Position numbers and translations under genes: made by a program. A DNA stretch of 56,319 bases, taken from the NCBI GenBank assembly GCA_035273585.1, contig DATEOX010000532.1, positions 1 through 56,319 on the forward strand, in the 5' to 3' direction. Below, one piece after another: positions 52,464-56,319 of the stretch. The number at the start of each line of letters is the position of its first letter. The first letter of the stretch is position 1. Under the pieces are notes generated by a model, which was not told where the DNA came from, did not search any database, and worked only from the letters and a program-made list of their open reading frames with translations. Origin of the DNA: Thermoanaerobaculia bacterium. GTDB taxonomy: Bacteria; Acidobacteriota; Thermoanaerobaculia; Gp7-AA8.

Positions 52464-54076
52464 GGCCCGCCCCGATTGGGGTCCGATTTGCCCCGCGCGC
52501 GGTTGAGGAACGAGAAGAGGTCTGAAATCCCACGTGTCGCCGCGCCGCCGCTCTGCGGCGCTTGTACGGCCCCAGGCGCGGCCGAGGAACCGCCGCCGTA
52601 GCTCGCAAAGAGATCCGCTTCCCACGCAGCAATCCGCGCCTCCGCGTCCTGCACGCGCACCATCGAGCGGCGCGCGATCTCCCGCTCAAAGGTTTCGGTC
52701 AGAAGGTCGCGTGGATAGCGCTTCGTGGGGTCGTCGAGGTCGTGGGTGCGGAAGCGCACGGCAGGGAGTCCCTTCTTCACGAGGACGGCCTGCTGCGTCG
52801 GCAGCTTCGCCATCTCACGCGCAAACGCCTGCCGTTGCTCGGATTCGCTCTTGCCCGGCGTGCGGGTCACGTGGTCGAAGAGCCAGCCCGCCTCCTCTTG
52901 GCCGCACTCGAATGCGAGCAGCCACTTCGAGTTCAGCCGAAGCGCCGTACAGGTCTCCCGCGGGATCGCGTTCGCCGGGTCTTGCGCGACGCAGACGATG
53001 GAGAGTCCTTTCCAGCGCAGCGTGCGTGACCCTTCCAGCAGAAAGTCGGCGACCACGCGCTGTTTCGCGATGACGCCCACCTCCTCGACCAAGACCATCT
53101 CCGGCGTGATCTCCGTGCGCACATTCGCGTCGTTCAGCACGTCGATCATGCGGTTGATCGCCATTGCCTTCGCGAGCGCGGGAGATCGCTGCGGTGTCGG
53201 GCCGAAGTTGCCGAGGAAATCCGTTGCCCGGTCATCGGGCGGGGCAAGCGAGTGCACCATTGCAGGCGAGAGCCCGAAGCTGATGCGCGCCGGCGTGCTT
53301 GAGAGCAGGATGTCGAACTGCCGCACGATGGCCGTCCGCGTCTGCGTCGGCAGCGTTGTCTCGATATGCTCGATGGAGTCGCGCAGCCGCGCGTCCGCGA
53401 TTTTCGGCAGGATGAGCCGCATGCGAAATTCGGCATCGAGGAAGAACGCGCGGACGAACTTGACCGTGATGCCGCACTGCATGTTGATGGCTGCGGCGTA
53501 CAGCAGAAACACGCCGTACTCCATGATGTCCGAGTAGTCATGCCCGCTCATGTGCCGCGTCGCCTCCGCACGAAGACCGGCGAGAAGCGCGGGTGCCATG
53601 CCCTTCGGGACCGCGAAGAGGTTGAAGGGCGTGATGGCGTCGGCGGTCACGTCGAAGACGCGGAAGCGCGCGGCGAATGCGTCGCGCTCAGGATCGGGAA
53701 GATCGAGGTACTGCGCCGCGACGTGAAGAGACTTGAGCAAATACGTCTCGCCCTTCGGGTCGATGATCTGCAAGCGGCGGGTGCCGCCCGCAGACCAGCC
53801 GTTCGTGATGATGACGAGCCCGTAGCTCTTGCCAGCTCCCGAGGAGCCCCATACCATGCCGTGCCGACCGACTTCGCGCGCGGCGATCCGTACTTCTTCG
53901 CCGCTCGCGATCGTGCCGAGGAGAAAGCTGTCGTTCCCATCGAGCGCGCCGAGTGTCGCCAGCGCATCCTCGTCTCCCGCACCACACATCTCGGCCGCCA
54001 TCGCCGCCGTGTTCCTCCGAGCGCGCGCGTACGATTCTTTGCGACTGCCGAAGAACCAATCCGAGCTGGCGGCCAT
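52460..54076 (-). CDS. Coupling-protein/VirB4-like P-loop ATPase
   Basis: MVWGSSGAGKSYG (Walker A). Start at MAASSD overlaps the upstream stop (TGATG). Confidence 0.7.
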   Translation of the reverse strand: MAASSDWFFGSRKESYARARRNTAAMAAEMCGAGDEDALATLGALDGNDSFLLGTIASGEEVRIAAREVGRHGMVWGSSGAGKSYGLVIITNGWSAGGTRRLQIIDPKGETYLLKSLHVAAQYLDLPDPERDAFAARFRVFDVTADAITPFNLFAVPKGMAPALLAGLRAEATRHMSGHDYSDIMEYGVFLLYAAAINMQCGITVKFVRAFFLDAEFRMRLILPKIADARLRDSIEHIETTLPTQTRTAIVRQFDILLSSTPARISFGLSPAMVHSLAPPDDRATDFLGNFGPTPQRSPALAKAMAINRMIDVLNDANVRTEITPEMVLVEEVGVIAKQRVVADFLLEGSRTLRWKGLSIVCVAQDPANAIPRETCTALRLNSKWLLAFECGQEEAGWLFDHVTRTPGKSESEQRQAFAREMAKLPTQQAVLVKKGLPAVRFRTHDLDDPTKRYPRDLLTETFEREIARRSMVRVQDAEARIAAWEADLFASYGGGSSAAPGAVQAPQSGGAATRGISDLFSFLNRARGKSDPNRGGP

Positions 54077-54504
54077 CAGTCGTCGTCCTCGTCGTCGTAG
54101 TACGGGAGCGGCCCGTGTGACCGCGTTGCCTTCGGATTCATCGTGAAGGGCCGTTTGCCGCCGCCGCGGTTGAAGAACGCATCCCACGGGTCGCGCGGCT
54201 TCGACTTCGCACGGAAGCGGCTGCGCAGCTTCAAGACGCCGTAGGCGAGGAGCACAGCGATGATGACGGCGGCGATGCAGCCGAGTGTCGTTAGGAAATC
54301 GTCGGCCGGTGCCGGTGCCGCTGATGTTGATGTTGTCGCTGCCCGGAAGAGACCGTGGAGAAGCGACGGCAGGAGGGCGAGTACGAAGCACACGGCCGCC
54401 CAGCGCCGCAGCGTCGCGCCGGTGGTGGTCTTGGAGAGCGGCAGGCTGAGGACGAAGAGGCCGCAGGCCGCCGCGATGAGAAGGCGGATGATGTCACCGA
54501 TCAA
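54076..54504 (-). CDS. Membrane protein with acidic C-terminal tail
   Basis: Three TM helices. Ends YYDDEDDD. Confidence 0.5.
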   Translation of the reverse strand: MIGDIIRLLIAAACGLFVLSLPLSKTTTGATLRRWAAVCFVLALLPSLLHGLFRAATTSTSAAPAPADDFLTTLGCIAAVIIAVLLAYGVLKLRSRFRAKSKPRDPWDAFFNRGGGKRPFTMNPKATRSHGPLPYYDDEDDD

Positions 54505-54577
54505 TGGATGTCTCCTATCAGACGAAACGAGCGGGCCGCATGGCCCGCCCGTTCGTTCTCGCGCGTGGACGGCCCGC

Positions 54578-55051
54578 CTACGCGGAGTGGTCGGGGCCGT
54601 CGTCGGTGGACTTCCTGCGCTGGTTGAGATACGGGAAGTGCCGGTAGAGCAGTTCCGCGACGTCGTTATCGAACGGCCCTGCTTCGATGTACGCGTAGGT
54701 CTGGTTGTGCTTCTTCCAGTGGTGGACGTACGGGATGAAGATGGCTTCGAGCTTCTTCAGCCGTTTGCGCACGAGGGCGCAATTCGCCGCCAGTTCCTGC
54801 GAGAGCCGCGTGTGCTTCGTCGTGAAGTAGTAGTACGTCTTGCTCGCGTGGGCCAGCTTGCCGCCGAAGAGGATGAGGCAGTGCGCCGCGAAGCTGATGA
54901 TCGCGAGGATCACGAGCATCAAGAGCGGCACGGAGTCCTCCGCGACGACCTGCACGGACATCGCCGTAACGACCGCGGTGAGGGGCATCACGAGCGCCAT
55001 GACGATGCCGAGGGCAACCCAGCCGAAGTAGGTACCGCCCTTACCACCCAT
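54578..55051 (-). CDS. Membrane protein
   Basis: Two N-terminal TM helices then a soluble tail. Confidence 0.5.
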   Translation of the reverse strand: MGGKGGTYFGWVALGIVMALVMPLTAVVTAMSVQVVAEDSVPLLMLVILAIISFAAHCLILFGGKLAHASKTYYYFTTKHTRLSQELAANCALVRKRLKKLEAIFIPYVHHWKKHNQTYAYIEAGPFDNDVAELLYRHFPYLNQRRKSTDDGPDHSA

Positions 55052-55511
55052 AGCTCGGCACCTCCTCGTTCTGCTTCTGCATCTCGTGCGCTTCGCGCGC
55101 CTCGATCATCTTCACGGAGCACAGCACCTCGACGCCGAGGAAGAAGAGCGGCACCCCGTACTTCGCCAGCAGCACGATGATCCAGTTGCCGCTGATGAGG
55201 CTCGCCACGTACTCCGCCGTCGCGCCGAACAGCAGGACATCGAGGCAGTAGACGCAGACGAGCCCGAAGAGGAACACGATGTACTTCATGACGAGGCTGC
55301 TGTGGACCTTGAGGAGATCGGCGTTCTTCTCTTCATAGTCCTTGACGACAGCCGTCGCGCTGACCACCTTGCCCTCAGCATCGAGCACGTCGTGGCCTTT
55401 GGCGTTGATCGCCTTCGCGCCTTTGATGAGCGCCTGACGGCTGCGCTCCTCGTGCGCGGGCGACCCTTTGGACGTGGCGTTAAGCGTGGTTGGATTAGCG
55501 GACACGCGCAC
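55041..55511 (-). CDS. Membrane protein
   Basis: Soluble N-terminus then TM helices. 11-nt overlap with the next gene. Confidence 0.5.
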   Translation of the reverse strand: MRVSANPTTLNATSKGSPAHEERSRQALIKGAKAINAKGHDVLDAEGKVVSATAVVKDYEEKNADLLKVHSSLVMKYIVFLFGLVCVYCLDVLLFGATAEYVASLISGNWIIVLLAKYGVPLFFLGVEVLCSVKMIEAREAHEMQKQNEEVPSYGW

Positions 55512-56277
55512 CTCCGTCCTCGGCGAAGTAGCGGACCGCGGCGGCCGTGGACTCGAAGCGGAGCGGCGTCGGGGTGAGCTTCGCGAGCGCGCCCATCAAC
55601 CCGACGCCGTTGACGATCGCGACGCGCGCGTTGGAGCGCATCGTCGGCGTCGTTTTCGCGGTCGCATTGTGCAGGCCATCGGTGATGAGGATGATCGCGG
55701 TCGTCGCGTTCGTGAACTCCGAAGGCTCGGCGAGCATGAGGTCTCCGCGCTCGACGGCGGCAGTGAGGTCGGTTGCGGGGGCGTCGCCGGGGACTTCGAG
55801 GAACGGCGTGATGGCGACGATGAAGGCGTTGATGCGCGCGTTCGCCTCGGCCTCCCACGCGCGGCGCTTCGCCTCGTACTTCTTCCGCTCCGCGTCCTCG
55901 CGCTTGCGGTTGTTCGCATTGACGAAGAGGTTGCCGCCGTTCGCGGGGCGCGGTGCGGGCGTCGGGGCGTCGGGTGGGGTCGGGATGTAGCAGCGGACGA
56001 GCGGGTGGTCAGAATCTTCGCGGATGAGGCCAAAGCCGATCTCGCCGCCCGACATGCGCAGACGATCGAAGATCGGCGCGAAGTCATCGAGCGACGCGGC
56101 GATCCTCGCCTCCTCGCGCGACGCGGTCACGTCGAAGAGCACTGCGCCGCGGAACGGGGCAACCGCGATTACCGGCACAGCGGCCGGCTTCGGGGTCGGC
56201 CGCGTCGTCGGCGTCGGCGGGGCGTTGAGCGCCACCGCCGCGATGATGAGCGCGGCACCAAGGGACATGAGTTTCAT
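55495..56277 (-). CDS. Secreted von Willebrand factor A-like protein
   Basis: Signal peptide. MIDAS-like DVTAS and IILITDGLHN. Pro/Thr-rich linker inserted mid-domain. Confidence 0.6.
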   Translation of the reverse strand: MKLMSLGAALIIAAVALNAPPTPTTRPTPKPAAVPVIAVAPFRGAVLFDVTASREEARIAASLDDFAPIFDRLRMSGGEIGFGLIREDSDHPLVRCYIPTPPDAPTPAPRPANGGNLFVNANNRKREDAERKKYEAKRRAWEAEANARINAFIVAITPFLEVPGDAPATDLTAAVERGDLMLAEPSEFTNATTAIILITDGLHNATAKTTPTMRSNARVAIVNGVGLMGALAKLTPTPLRFESTAAAVRYFAEDGGARVR

Positions 56278-56319
56278 GAGACTCCTGTACTTCCTTCGCG
56301 CCGCCGACCGGTCTCGGTG

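Larger units (their letters stand above)
38100..56319. mobile_element. Plasmid/ICE-like element (partial, continues beyond window)
   Basis: ParB, large serine recombinase, two replication-relaxation family proteins, two coupling-protein-like ATPases, XRE/HExxH pair, membrane/vWA operon. Confidence 0.6.

Noticed and set aside
38858-54100. Antisense ORFs in the plasmid-like element (38858-39817, 39952-40731, 46180-46779, 46736-47527, 47454-48149, 53366-54100 and others)
   Set aside because: They are shadow frames of ParB, the HTH gene, the ATPases and other genes. No motifs are present and the composition is extremely Arg/Asp/Glu/Gly-biased.
1-56319. CRISPR arrays, rRNA genes, IS transposases, retron or DGR reverse transcriptases, toxin-antitoxin pairs
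   Set aside because: On reading both strands I found no regularly spaced short repeats, no rRNA-like segments, and no DDE/Tnp or RT motifs in any listed ORF. The only recombinases are two tyrosine and one serine type.

Overview
This is a high-GC bacterial chromosome fragment. The taxon cannot be fixed from sequence alone. Composition and gene content would fit an Acidobacteriota- or Gemmatimonadota-type genome.

**Core region (1-6.7 kb).** It looks like ordinary core DNA: a 5'-truncated cobalamin riboswitch with a BtuB-like TonB receptor, a Zn-peptidase/ATP-grasp pair, trmFO, a DUF3467 gene and a secreted metallophosphoesterase.

**Accessory region (6.7 kb to the window end).** This is a mosaic with five parts:
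1. An 8.4 kb segment (6722-15184) bracketed by two 180-bp direct repeats that carry a tRNA-3'-half-like sequence. It encodes an ATP-grasp ligase, a STAND-type P-loop/helical-repeat NTPase, a small Cys-His-Asp protein and an ATP-grasp::PLP-decarboxylase fusion. Two of these genes share an identical 19-bp palindromic motif just upstream of their start codons.
2. A hypothetical-gene block (15.2-19.6 kb).
3. A visibly lower-GC island between two paralogous short tyrosine recombinases (19.6-30.1 kb). It carries secreted and lipoprotein genes and a tight operon of HD phosphohydrolase, unknown-domain::MTAN/PNP nucleosidase, orphan NAD-domain protein and Nudix hydrolase, with a convergent P-loop kinase. 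I rank this operon as the best candidate for an undescribed nucleotide-targeting conflict system.
4. A giant DUF4011/SF1-helicase/Vsr-like nuclease/DUF3320 protein (30.8-36.5 kb).
5. A plasmid- or ICE-like element (about 38-56.3 kb, running off the window). It has ParB, a large serine recombinase, two replication-relaxation proteins, two coupling-protein-like ATPases, an XRE/HExxH regulatory pair flanked by near-identical 14-bp-arm palindromes, and a membrane/vWA operon.

I saw no rRNA, CRISPR array, transposase or foldable complete tRNA. All functional calls rest on motifs read from the supplied translations; no database search was run.
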